A DNA stretch of 50,804 bases from Candidatus Bilamarchaeaceae archaeon (GCA_038851325.1 JAWCKZ010000006.1:1-50804), one strand, 5' to 3'; positions 1 through 9,004 are shown, counted from the first letter of the stretch. Numbers and translations are program-made. The notes: generated from the sequence alone by a model not told the origin.

Positions 1-300
1 TGATGCATATGGAAAAAGCGGAATGATAAAAGAAGCTGAAGGCGTATTTGATGAAGCTAAAAAAAAGAAGATTGCCGATATCATAACCTACAGTTCTATG
101 ATTGATGCATATGGAAAAAGCGGAATGATAGAAGAAGCTAGAGAAGTATTTGATGAAGCTAAAGATAAGAATATGGCCGATATCATAACCTACAGTTCTA
201 TGATTGATGCATATGGAAAAAGCGGAATGATAGAAGAAGCTAGAGAAGTATTTGATGAAGCTAAAGATAAGAATATGGCCAATGTGGTGACATACACTGT
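1..300 (+). repeat. 102-bp tandem repeat encoding the PPR units
   Basis: TGATGCATATGGAAAAAGCGGAATGATA starts at 1, 103 and 205 (period 102 bp = 34 aa). Confidence 0.95.
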
Positions 301-790
301 CATCTGTTCGCATTATTATTCAGAAAACAAATTCGAAAAAGTTACTGAGATCTTGAATGGTGCACCAAAAAAGATAAAAGAAGCGCCTGAGATGTTTTTG
401 ATGGAAATGGAGGCCCTAAGAAAACAAGGAAGAAGGGAAGAGGTAATTGGTAGTCTCTCAAAATTTTTAAAGGAGTATCCAACCAAGGCCTATGGGGACG
501 AGAGGTATGTCCAGGCAGTTGTGATACGTGCGTATGCACAAAAAGACAGCGAAGAAAAAGAAGAAGCAAAACATGCTTTTGAAGATCTTAGAAAACGTGT
601 TCCGATAACAAGCATCCACTACCCAAGAATTCTTTGCGGATATGTATTTTCGCATAAACCCTACGAAATAAAGGATAAAGAGCGCGTTATCACTCTTCTC
701 AAGATGTATCACAGAGAAAGTGATGGAAACTTACGTAATGACATACAGGATGCTCTGCGTCTGCTTGAACGGACACAAAACAGCGTCTAA
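2..790 (+). CDS. Pentatricopeptide-repeat (PPR)-like protein, 5'-truncated by the window edge
   Basis: The frame is open from nt 2 (DAYGKSGM...). Near-identical repeats ADIITYSSMIDAYGKSGMIEEAREVFDEAKDKNM match the PPR consensus (D/N-VVTYxxLIxxYxKxG...EAxxxFxEM). The C-terminus is degenerate and helical (TPR-like). Confidence 0.85.
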   Translation, partial: DAYGKSGMIKEAEGVFDEAKKKKIADIITYSSMIDAYGKSGMIEEAREVFDEAKDKNMADIITYSSMIDAYGKSGMIEEAREVFDEAKDKNMANVVTYTVICSHYYSENKFEKVTEILNGAPKKIKEAPEMFLMEMEALRKQGRREEVIGSLSKFLKEYPTKAYGDERYVQAVVIRAYAQKDSEEKEEAKHAFEDLRKRVPITSIHYPRILCGYVFSHKPYEIKDKERVITLLKMYHRESDGNLRNDIQDALRLLERTQNSV

Positions 791-1036
791 TCTTTCGGAG
801 TGATTAGAAAATCCTTTTCTGCGCACTTACAACACCCAGGGGTGATAGAGTTTAAAATCCACTAACTATGCAGGTATTCCTCTACATGACCAGCCACCAA
901 AAACAGGAAAAATACACAGATTACCTCACGCACGTCTTAGAGAACAAAATTCACGAATAAGGAAATTCTTAGACTGTTATCACTTAACACTTAAATTTAA
1001 AAAGCTTAATTCCGTGATTGCACACTGAGTGGTATT

Positions 1037-1483
1037 ATGTCAAAGGAAAGAATTGTAGAGTTGTTGAACCATGCTCTCGAGCTGGAGCATGCCGCGAATA
1101 TTCAGTACCTAAGCCATGCAGAACTGGTAGATGGCGAGGGAGCCGAGCCGATAATAGAAAGGCTAAAGGAAATCGCAGGCGATGAGCAGAAGCATGCGGA
1201 AACGTTTCGGACATTAATAGGCGTCCTTGGCGGAGTGCCAAGCATGAAGATAGCACCAACCCATCCTGCAAAGACAGTTAAGGAAATTCTTGAGCAGAAC
1301 CTGAAAGATGAAAAAGATGCGGTTGATACATACAGAAAAATACTTGAAGAACTAAAAAAGGAAAAGGGCCAGGGATATTACGACATGCTACTTGAGCATA
1401 ACATACGCCACATCCTAATGGATGAGCAGGAGCATATAACCGAGCTTGAACTTCTTCTTGGAAAATCAGGCAGCAGCTATTGA
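1037..1483 (+). CDS. Ferritin/bacterioferritin-like di-iron protein
   Basis: LLNHALELE...QY, DEQKH, E...Y and DEQEH di-iron carboxylate pattern in a 148-aa four-helix-bundle-sized protein. Confidence 0.85.
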   Translation: MSKERIVELLNHALELEHAANIQYLSHAELVDGEGAEPIIERLKEIAGDEQKHAETFRTLIGVLGGVPSMKIAPTHPAKTVKEILEQNLKDEKDAVDTYRKILEELKKEKGQGYYDMLLEHNIRHILMDEQEHITELELLLGKSGSSY

Positions 1484-1515
1484 AATTTAATATTCTTACT
1501 TTTTATTCTTTTATT

Positions 1516-2148
1516 ATGCAAAAACTTCTTGAACAGATAGAAAAAATCAGAAAATCGCATGTACGCAAGGCCATAGATACGAGAATGCACGAGTTCTCAG
1601 AATTAGGCAAAAAATCCCAAGAAAAAATTTTCAGCGAACTTTGCTTTTGTATCCTAACAGCCAATTTTCGTGCAGACAGGGCGATTGAGGTGCAGAGAAA
1701 AATCGGAGAAGGATTCCTAACGCTTTCAAAGGCTGCGCTTGCCCAAAAACTGAAAAAACTAGGATGCCGTTTCCACACCACCAAGGCAGGCTATATAAGT
1801 GAGGCAAGAAAGCACGTTTTCCCTCTGTCAGAAAAGTGCTCTTCCTCCAGGAATGGGCAGGAAATCAGAGAATGGCTGGTAAAAAACATCAAAGGCCTTG
1901 GCTACAAAGAGGCAAGCCATTTTCTCAGGAATATTGGGTATACTGATGTTGCCATAATCGATTTCCACATAATTGACTTGCTTGCCAGACACGGTCTGAT
2001 AAGAAAGTCGAAGACTAAAAGCCTGACTAGGAAAAAATACCTTGCAATAGAGCACGTGCTGGAAAAAATCGCAGGCAAGGCAAAACTGAATCTCGCAGAA
2101 CTCGACCTTTATCTCTGGTACCTAGAAACAGGAAAAGTGCTAAAATAA
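1516..2148 (+). CDS. ogg: 8-oxoguanine N-glycosylase/DNA lyase (archaeal Ogg type)
   Basis: ELCFCILTAN, HhH motif VKNIKGLGYKEASHFLRNIG, AIIDFHI and C-terminal LDLYLWY..TGKVLK. ATG at 1516 preferred over TTG at 1480. Confidence 0.9.
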   Translation: MQKLLEQIEKIRKSHVRKAIDTRMHEFSELGKKSQEKIFSELCFCILTANFRADRAIEVQRKIGEGFLTLSKAALAQKLKKLGCRFHTTKAGYISEARKHVFPLSEKCSSSRNGQEIREWLVKNIKGLGYKEASHFLRNIGYTDVAIIDFHIIDLLARHGLIRKSKTKSLTRKKYLAIEHVLEKIAGKAKLNLAELDLYLWYLETGKVLK

Positions 2149-2149
2149 G

Positions 2150-2414
2150 AGCCGGGTAAGGGAGCTGTTCAGTCCTGAGTCTTGCGTTTCGCATGCTATC
2201 TCAGGGCTTTTGGATGACCGACAAAACCGAAAGGGTTTTGTAGTCCGCAGAACGGATCGCCGTTCTGTTGAAGACTAGCCTTTTGCCCCAAGAAGGACAA
2301 AAGTCAAAAGGCTCGGTATTGAACCCCTCTATGCCGCTTTATACCATTCATAGACTTTCGTCTCAGAAAAGCGAACAACTGCAGGCGGCCGCATAGCCGA
2401 TCTGCCAACCCGGC
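2150..2414 (-). tRNA. tRNA-Cys(GCA) with two introns (37/38: 2339-2378, 40 nt; 58/59: 2165-2318, 154 nt)
   Basis: Spliced exons give GCCGGGT-TG-GCA(GATCGGCTA)TGC-G-GCCGC(CTGCAGA)GCGGC-ATAG-AGGGG(TTCAACT)CCCTT-ACCCGGC-T. U73 discriminator typical of Cys. BHB-like motifs at both introns. Confidence 0.88.
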
Positions 2415-2646
2415 GTCTGATTTCTCTTAACATATTCATGATTAAAAATATTTCGGGTTCGGATAGCTTTTATGTTGTATTTTATGAGATGAAATGCATG
2501 CAGGGAGGACAGAAATCTATTATGCGAGAGATGTTCATTTTCCTAAATAAGTATAAAGAAATTAAGCATCGTATAGAGAATTAAGCATCATAAGAATATG
2601 ATACAATTATATTGTTTTCACTATAATCTCATTCTGAGGGAAAAAC

Positions 2647-3939
2647 ATGTTTAAACATATCTCGGATGTTCTCAAGGAGTCAGAGGGGAAAAAGGTAAGC
2701 ATACGTGGATGGGTTTACCGCGAGCGGACAAGCGGTAGCATTCGTTTTCTCATCATTAGAGATGGAAGCGGGATAATACAATGCGCAGTGAAGAAGGAGA
2801 AGGTAGATGAAGAAAGTTGGAAAGCTGCATCAGAGGCTTATATAGAAAGTTCCATCGAGATTACAGGAACAACGAAGAAAGATCAGCGAGCGCCAGGTGG
2901 GACAGAGCTTCAAGTTGAAAACGTAACACTCGTAAACAAAGGCGAACCATTTCCAATCTCAAAGGATCTGAGCGAGGAGTTCCTTCTTGACGTTCGCCAT
3001 CTATGGCTGCGTTCTCAAAAGCTCACAAACATAATGAAGGCTCGTTATCACATTGTAAACCATCTTCGTGAGTTTTTCGACAAAGAAGGCTTCTTTGAAC
3101 TCGCGCCTCCGATAATAACTAAGTCCCAGTGTGAGGGCGGCGCAACACTCTTCGAAATGAATTACTTTGGCGAGAAGGCGTATCTTACGCAGAGCTCGCA
3201 ACTCTACGCAGAGGTTTTCATATTCGGGCTTGAAAAGGTCTATGTACTCGCACCATCTTTCCGTGCTGAGAAATCGCGTACAGTGAGGCATCTTGCTGAA
3301 TACTGGCATCTTGAGCCTGAGATGGCATGGTATGACCAGAAGATGAACATGGAACTTCAGGAAAACATGATCGAGTACGTAGTCCAGAAGATGGTAAAAA
3401 ACCATCCTGAATTGCTTGAAGCGTGCGGGAGGGACCCTGACGAGCTGAAGAAAGTGAAAGCGCCTTTCCCTAGGCTTGATTACGAAGACGCAGTTGCAAA
3501 GGTGAATGAACTTGGAGGAAAAATGGAGTACGGCCAGGATTTTGGTGCAGATGAAGAGGCGTTACTTACCAAAGAATATGATGTTCCTGTTTTCGTTCAC
3601 CACTTTCCCAAAGGCATAAAGGCATTTTACATGCGCGAGGACCCAAAAAAGCCAGGAACCGTTCTTAACGATGACCTGCTTGCACCAAGAGGGCATGGAG
3701 AGATAATAGGCGGGAGCGAGCGTATATGGGAGCTGGACGAACTTATAACGCGTATGAAAGAGTTTGGGCTTGACCCGAACGGCGAGATGAAATGGTATGT
3801 TGACCTTAGGCGGTATGGTTCAGTTCCGCACTCTGGCTTCGGTCTCGGAATTGAGCGACTTACGAAATGGATTCTGAATCTGGACCATATCCGCGACGCG
3901 ATCCCGTTCCCGCGGACGATAACGCGATGCTATCCTTAG
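2647..3939 (+). CDS. asnS: Asparagine--tRNA ligase
   Basis: N-terminal OB fold, YLTQSSQLYAE, FRAEKSRTVRHLAEYWHLEPE, EIIGGSER, YVDLRRYGSVPHSGFGLGIER. Confidence 0.93.
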   Translation: MFKHISDVLKESEGKKVSIRGWVYRERTSGSIRFLIIRDGSGIIQCAVKKEKVDEESWKAASEAYIESSIEITGTTKKDQRAPGGTELQVENVTLVNKGEPFPISKDLSEEFLLDVRHLWLRSQKLTNIMKARYHIVNHLREFFDKEGFFELAPPIITKSQCEGGATLFEMNYFGEKAYLTQSSQLYAEVFIFGLEKVYVLAPSFRAEKSRTVRHLAEYWHLEPEMAWYDQKMNMELQENMIEYVVQKMVKNHPELLEACGRDPDELKKVKAPFPRLDYEDAVAKVNELGGKMEYGQDFGADEEALLTKEYDVPVFVHHFPKGIKAFYMREDPKKPGTVLNDDLLAPRGHGEIIGGSERIWELDELITRMKEFGLDPNGEMKWYVDLRRYGSVPHSGFGLGIERLTKWILNLDHIRDAIPFPRTITRCYP

Positions 3940-4417
3940 CGTGTTGAATCAAGAATTTCATGCAATCTTTTTTCTTGCCTTTTTTCCTGTTCCAGCTAGC
4001 AACGATTTCTCTGTAAGCGCTCAATTCATTCGCGTAGTTTACTGGCATGTTTGTGCCCAGAACCCGAAAGAGAAGACTTGCTGGAAATGGGCAGAAACCA
4101 GAGAACCCACCACCTATCTTTTTTGGAAATGTTTTGCAGGCGGAAGGGGCAAAATCGTGAATGGTACAGCTCGTGCCCTTAAGGAATATGCAAGGGTGCG
4201 ATTTTAGGCACAGGATGTGCTCTGCCGGGTACTTTCTATCATACAGTTCGAGTACAGTGTCGTTGTCAAAATTAATCAGCTTAAGAGGATATAAGACCGC
4301 AAACTCATCAGGTTTCTTGCCGGTTTTTTCAGCGATTCGTATAACATCAAAAATGGTTACTGTGATGTAAAGGTTCTTGCAGCATTCTGCAGAGCAGAAC
4401 AAACATGGGCTGAGCAT
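3860..4417 (-). CDS. YkgJ-family (CxxCxxCC) zinc/iron-chelating protein
   Basis: CLFCSAECC at the N-terminus and PCIFL...CTIHDFAPSACKTFP. Its C-terminal tail overlaps the asnS 3' end. Confidence 0.8.
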   Translation of the reverse strand: MLSPCLFCSAECCKNLYITVTIFDVIRIAEKTGKKPDEFAVLYPLKLINFDNDTVLELYDRKYPAEHILCLKSHPCIFLKGTSCTIHDFAPSACKTFPKKIGGGFSGFCPFPASLLFRVLGTNMPVNYANELSAYREIVASWNRKKGKKKDCMKFLIQHAKDSIALSSAGTGSRRGYGPDSESIS

Positions 4418-4479
4418 GAATGACTAACTCGAAAGGGATTTAAATTTGCAGCGCTCTATGCAAAACTGGGGAGGACGTT

Positions 4480-5940
4480 ATGAAGATACCACGGGTGATG
4501 TCAACTCAACATCCAGACAACGTGCGACAGCCTTTTTTCTGCGATGGCGTTGTATTTGGCTGGGAAGACGAAATTAAGGAGGCCTTCTATGTTTACTCAC
4601 ACCTCAAGTGCAATGAGCAACTATGGGACTACGAAGGAAAGGAAGTGGACAACTTTGTCGTGAAGAAGCTCCTCTCGCGCTATGAGAATTTTTTTAGGAA
4701 AAAAAGACTGGGCCGCGATTTGCGTCTCACGTATCGCGTTCCAAACCCAGCAGTGGAGAAAACAGAGAGCAAGATTCTTGTCGAAACCCTTACCAGCATC
4801 GCAAGGAGCAGCGATACTGCATCCCTCTTCTATTCAGAAAATGTTGTGCCTGTTTTTGAGGTTGCTGTGCCCATGTGCTCATCAGAAAAGGATGCATTGA
4901 AGATCAAACTTTTTTACAGCAATTTTATCTCAGGGATAGAGAACAATCTTTTGATAGACGAGCGCGTCAGAGATTGGGTCGGAGCTGTCGAGCCAAAAGA
5001 TATAAAGGTTATTCCGCTCGTTGAAACAAAGGAAGCAATACTGAATTCAGATAAAATACTTCGAAATTACCTAAAGGCGACAAAGGAGGAGGAGCAAAGG
5101 TTCTGGATAGCAAGGAGCGATCCCGCTCTTAACTATTCAGCGCTTGCATCTGTTTTATTCATAAAAATCGCGCTTGCAAAAATCAGGGAGGTTTCAGAAG
5201 AACTTTCAACAGAGATTTTCCCGATTCTTGGCTGCGGTTCACCCCCGTTTCGCGGTAATTTCAAACCACAGAATTACCAACACATTCTGCGTGGTTATCC
5301 CTCTGTTCATACATTCACGGTCCAGTCCTCCTTTAAATATGATAATGATGAGGACGAGGTAAGGAAAGCGGTAGAGGGAATCGAAAATACAGGAACCGGG
5401 AGGCCGCTACCAGTGAATGAAGAAAAGATAAAGCCAATAGCCGAGAAGGTGAGCAGGAGATACGCTGAGGAAGTTTCCCTCATAGCGGATATGGTAAACA
5501 AGATGGCGATACACATACCAGAAAGAAGAATGAGAAAGTTGCATGTTGGTTTATTCGGCTATTCGCGCAACTCCAAGAATGGAATAAAACTGCCCCGTGC
5601 AATAAGGTTCTGTGCTGCACTGTATTCGTACGGCTTGCCTCCTGAACTGTTAGGCTTGAGTGCTTTGACAGAAAAGGACATGGACTCAATAGAGGAGGCA
5701 TACCCAAATTTTATCAAGGATGTCCAAGCAGCGCTCCCGTATCTGAATAAGGAGAATCTTAAATACTTTCATCCGCACATTCACGCAGCAGTGGAGAGTG
5801 TCCTAAAGTTCGGTATAGACTATGAGGAGAATCAAGCGCACAATGTTGTGACAAAGATAATTGTCAAAAATCTCGAAAAGCAACTACCTATTGGTGAGGA
5901 TATATTGCGAGCCGGATGGATAAGGGGATTCTTGGGTTGA
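4480..5940 (+). CDS. ppcA: Archaeal-type phosphoenolpyruvate carboxylase
   Basis: MKIPRVMSTQHPDN, WDYEGKE, ARSDPALNY, GCGSPPFRG, R.RKLHVGLFGYSR, LPRAIRF. Confidence 0.93.
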   Translation: MKIPRVMSTQHPDNVRQPFFCDGVVFGWEDEIKEAFYVYSHLKCNEQLWDYEGKEVDNFVVKKLLSRYENFFRKKRLGRDLRLTYRVPNPAVEKTESKILVETLTSIARSSDTASLFYSENVVPVFEVAVPMCSSEKDALKIKLFYSNFISGIENNLLIDERVRDWVGAVEPKDIKVIPLVETKEAILNSDKILRNYLKATKEEEQRFWIARSDPALNYSALASVLFIKIALAKIREVSEELSTEIFPILGCGSPPFRGNFKPQNYQHILRGYPSVHTFTVQSSFKYDNDEDEVRKAVEGIENTGTGRPLPVNEEKIKPIAEKVSRRYAEEVSLIADMVNKMAIHIPERRMRKLHVGLFGYSRNSKNGIKLPRAIRFCAALYSYGLPPELLGLSALTEKDMDSIEEAYPNFIKDVQAALPYLNKENLKYFHPHIHAAVESVLKFGIDYEENQAHNVVTKIIVKNLEKQLPIGEDILRAGWIRGFLG

Positions 5941-5954
5941 TTACAAATCGTCGG

Positions 5955-6434
5955 TTACTCATCAGCAGCATATCTATAATATTCGTTCATGAACTTATAT
6001 TCAAACAATTCGTTGTCCTTGAAGAAGCGTTTAATCTCTTTTTCAGCCGTCTCCTTTGAATCGCTTGCATGTATGACGTTTCTTGAGGTGCTGTTTGAGA
6101 AATCACCGCGGATTGTGCCGGCCGGTGCCTTCGTAGCGTTTGTTGGGCCAACTATAAGTCGCACTACCTCGACTGCCTCTTTTCCTTCTATGACCATCGC
6201 GACCATTGGATGCTCTGTTACAAATTTCTCCAAGTCAGGGTAAAACGGTTTGTTAACAAGATGTGCATAGTGTTCTTTTGCAAACCTCGTGTCCATTCTC
6301 AGCATTTTCAGTCCGACAATCTTAAGTCCCTTTCTTTCAAATCTGCTGATAATGTCGCCAACTAAACCGCGCTGAATCGCGTCTGGCTTTAGGAGAATAA
6401 GAGTACGCTCTCTTGCGTTCATAGAACCACTCAT
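5955..6434 (-). CDS. ndk: Nucleoside diphosphate kinase
   Basis: ERTLILLKPDAIQRGL, PAGTIRGDF, NVIHASDS. Confidence 0.95.
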   Translation of the reverse strand: MSGSMNARERTLILLKPDAIQRGLVGDIISRFERKGLKIVGLKMLRMDTRFAKEHYAHLVNKPFYPDLEKFVTEHPMVAMVIEGKEAVEVVRLIVGPTNATKAPAGTIRGDFSNSTSRNVIHASDSKETAEKEIKRFFKDNELFEYKFMNEYYRYAADE

Positions 6435-6631
6435 TTTCTCTCGGCTTCAGACAACTCCTTAAATCTTCTGCTTGACTTTGTCCATTTTTGCCTTCGTCCT
6501 TCTCTGTTCAGTTTAAGAAGATTTTTTTTGCATTTTTGAGAACATATAAAATAAGTTGTTCCATCTTTCTTTACGTATATGAGTCCAGAACCTTTTTGTA
6601 TATCGCCACCGCAGAATGAGCAGATAGGCAT
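6431..6631 (-). CDS. rpl24e: 50S ribosomal protein L24e
   Basis: CSFCG..I..GSG..YVKKDG...FICSQKC...KWT; conserved rpl7ae-rps28e-rpl24e-ndk order. Confidence 0.93.
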   Translation of the reverse strand: MPICSFCGGDIQKGSGLIYVKKDGTTYFICSQKCKKNLLKLNREGRRQKWTKSSRRFKELSEAERK

Positions 6632-6636
6632 AAAGA

Positions 6637-6849
6637 CTACCTCGCTTTTATTTCTTTAGCCTCTCTTTCTGTGTCTACAAGCATCAGTATCATGCCCTTC
6701 TTTACAGGCCCTTTTATGTTTCTAAGTATGACTCTGCCTGCATCAGGACCCTCAAGCACTTTGCAAAGCACTTGATATATCTCTCCGCAGACGCCAGTTT
6801 TTGTTCTTATTTCGACAATCTCAACAGGAGTTCCAGCCATCCGAAGCAC
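6637..6849 (-). CDS. rps28e: 30S ribosomal protein S28e
   Basis: TGVCGEIYQVLCKVLEG...GRVILRNIKGPV...ERE A pattern; operon context. Confidence 0.9.
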   Translation of the reverse strand: MLRMAGTPVEIVEIRTKTGVCGEIYQVLCKVLEGPDAGRVILRNIKGPVKKGMILMLVDTEREAKEIKAR

Positions 6850-6862
6850 CTTCGTCCTTCTT

Positions 6863-7237
6863 TCATTCTTTCTTTAAGTGTTGCTTTGGTAGTTTTTTAA
6901 CGATGTCTTGAAGCTTTTCGGCAGCCCCACCAGCATTCTCAACCGCAACTGCAGCTGCACCGACAGAAAGCCCTATCGCTTTTCCGAGTTCTGCCTTTGC
7001 AGGGACAAAAACATATGGGATACCCTTCTCCTTGCATAGCATAGGGACATGGATAACAATCTCTACTGGCGTGACGTCCTCTGCGATTACCACTAACTGG
7101 GCTGTTTTTCTCTCTATAGCCTTTGTTGTTTCATTTATTCCTTTTTTCACCTTGCCGCTCTCCTTTGCCACAGATAGCATTTCTAGAATCTGTGGCACAA
7201 GCTCCTTTGGCATTTCAAAGTCCACAAGTCCTGCCAT
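6863..7237 (-). CDS. rpl7ae: 50S ribosomal protein L7Ae
   Basis: GKVKKGINETTKAIER, VVIAEDVTP, LCKEKGIPY, ELGKAIG. Confidence 0.95.
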   Translation of the reverse strand: MAGLVDFEMPKELVPQILEMLSVAKESGKVKKGINETTKAIERKTAQLVVIAEDVTPVEIVIHVPMLCKEKGIPYVFVPAKAELGKAIGLSVGAAAVAVENAGGAAEKLQDIVKKLPKQHLKKE

Positions 7238-7243
7238 TTTTTC

Positions 7244-7264
7244 ACCTCAAATACTTTCATCGGT
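7244..7264 (-). promoter_or_regulatory. Kink-turn in the rpl7ae 5' UTR overlapping the Shine-Dalgarno
   Basis: Minus strand reads ACC-GAU-GA-AAG-UA-UUU-GA-GGU: C-stem ACC/GGU, 3-nt bulge and tandem G-A/A-G pairs. GAGGUG is the SD ~6 nt before the ATG. Confidence 0.7.
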
Positions 7265-7353
7265 TTGCATAAAAGATTTTTTATCATAATTGTACGCTAT
7301 CTATTTTGTAAAAAAATATTCCAAAGAAATATTCCAAAGAGGGCTTTAAAATA

Positions 7354-7548
7354 CTATTCTTTTTTTGTGTAAGATTTGAACAGTGCTCTTTTTTCCATGT
7401 TGCCCCAGCAGTCCTTGCAGATGTGAAGATGCCCAACCTTTTTTTTCACAGAGCTTTTTATACAAGAAAGGCAGAGCTTTCTCCCGCAATACTCACACCT
7501 TTCTAGTTTTGCGCTCTGCGTACCGCATCTTTCGCATGTTTCTATCAT
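7354..7548 (-). CDS. Small zinc-finger protein
   Basis: 64 aa with four CxxC pairs (CERC, CEYC, CLSC, CKDC). Confidence 0.75.
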   Translation of the reverse strand: MIETCERCGTQSAKLERCEYCGRKLCLSCIKSSVKKKVGHLHICKDCWGNMEKRALFKSYTKKE

Positions 7549-7560
7549 AAACTTCCTCTT

Positions 7561-8970
7561 TCACATGTATTTTAATATCTCCTTAAATCCTTGTTTTAAA
7601 GCTGCTCTTTTGAGCACTGCCTTTCTTTTCTCTTCTTGCTCCAAAAGCTTTTTAACCATATTTGCTGTTCTCGGCCTGTATCCCCACAGCTCGAGAGCGC
7701 TCTTCAATTCAGGATGGGTTTTGGCGTACTCTCTAAGCGGGATATTGCTGATGACCGCATCTATTGCTTGTACCATCGCAATAGCGCCAACGCGCGTACC
7801 TCCCGGATGTCCATGTATTCCTCCACCAGCCTGAAGCACAACATCCGGCCCATGAATTGCAAGCGCGCCCTCAACGAGCGTTGGGTCTATTCCGCCAGAA
7901 GCCACTGGGAAAACAGGTTTTATGTGTGCGCTCCAATTTTGTGCAAGACTTCCAAGATGAATTGCTTCCTCAACATCTTCTCGCAGAATTCTATTCAGTC
8001 TTCTTACATACAGCGGACTTCCTTCCATTTTACCAACACCAGTACCAACATGAAGCTGATCCACGCCAAGAAGTCTGTAAAACTTTTCATGGATCACAAA
8101 GTTTATTCCGAATTTTCCTCTCGCTTCAGCTGCGTATCCTGCACGGTGCGCGTGCACGAACAACCCTCTTTTCTTTGTTTCGTTTAGGATGTCTGCCAAT
8201 GCCGAATACCCTATCTGGAAAACATCGAGCATTACCATTGATGCGTTATTCGATTTCAAAAAATCCAAGCGCTCAAGCATTACTTCGTATCTATCGCTGA
8301 TGTTTGGCGCATAAAGGACAGTTCTTCCTGTCTCGCTTTTAATTCGGTCAAGCACCTCGAGCATTGCTATTGCTCTCTCCCAAAACTTACAGAAATCCTG
8401 GTCAACGAGGTTTTCATCGTCCTTTACAAAATCACATCCACCAACATAAGCCTCGTATGCTACTGCAGCGAACTCCTTTGGTGTTAACCCAACCTTTGGC
8501 TTTACGATCGTTCCAAGATGAGGTCTTGCTGTCTTTTCGGTGCCGATGCGTTTCCTTATACCTTCTATTCCGCCAAGAGGACCACTAAATTGCTCTTGGT
8601 ATCTTTTTGGGAATTGTATGTCAAGCGCTACAAGCGCGTTTAGTTCTTTCATTCCGAAGATGTTTCCAAGAACAGACGCCTTGAACTGTATAATATTTTT
8701 TGTATCAAAATGCTCAAACGGATATGCGATCCATACCAACCCAGAATTTGCCGAGACATCAGCAATCCTGAAAACGCGTGCTCTAAGCCTTTGCCACACA
8801 AATTCGTTCATCGTTTTTAGTTTTGTCCATGTGCCAACACTGGACTCAGCCGCTATTGCTTCTGCAATCTTCTCTATCCTGTTTTTTCCCTCAACCCAGA
8901 ATAGCGCAACGAAATCGTCCTGTGTGGGTTCGTATCTCTTGTCGATATAAGAATAGCCACCGTACACCAT
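7561..8970 (-). CDS. rbcL: RuBisCO large subunit, form III-like
   Basis: AAESSVGTW, KPKVGL, catalytic GCDFVKDDE, HAHRA, GKMEG (loop 6), SGG, GGGIHGHP. ATG at 8970 (MVYGG) preferred, with a TATA-like ATTTATAAAT ~25 nt upstream. Confidence 0.92.
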   Translation of the reverse strand: MVYGGYSYIDKRYEPTQDDFVALFWVEGKNRIEKIAEAIAAESSVGTWTKLKTMNEFVWQRLRARVFRIADVSANSGLVWIAYPFEHFDTKNIIQFKASVLGNIFGMKELNALVALDIQFPKRYQEQFSGPLGGIEGIRKRIGTEKTARPHLGTIVKPKVGLTPKEFAAVAYEAYVGGCDFVKDDENLVDQDFCKFWERAIAMLEVLDRIKSETGRTVLYAPNISDRYEVMLERLDFLKSNNASMVMLDVFQIGYSALADILNETKKRGLFVHAHRAGYAAEARGKFGINFVIHEKFYRLLGVDQLHVGTGVGKMEGSPLYVRRLNRILREDVEEAIHLGSLAQNWSAHIKPVFPVASGGIDPTLVEGALAIHGPDVVLQAGGGIHGHPGGTRVGAIAMVQAIDAVISNIPLREYAKTHPELKSALELWGYRPRTANMVKKLLEQEEKRKAVLKRAALKQGFKEILKYM

Positions 8971-9004
8971 GGAACTGCCTCCATCTTGCCATTTATAAAT
9001 GTTA

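Noticed and set aside
1..300. Possible CRISPR array
   Set aside because: Repeats are contiguous, in-frame 102-bp coding units with no unique spacers; no cas genes in the window
2148..2420. Possible RNase P or SRP RNA (terminal helix GCCGGGT/ACCCGGC, ~265 nt)
   Set aside because: Lacks GAGGAAAGTCC and the SRP helix-8 motif; it parses cleanly as a two-intron tRNA-Cys
2552..2590. Short tandem duplication (AATTAAGCATC twice) upstream of asnS
   Set aside because: Two copies in AT-rich DNA; no evidence of function
3860..3939. 80-bp convergent overlap of asnS and the YkgJ-family gene
   Set aside because: Looks like a non-conserved read-through tail; convergent overlaps are common in compact genomes
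7314..7339. 13-bp tandem duplication AAATATTCCAAAG
   Set aside because: Probably replication slippage; no further copies seen
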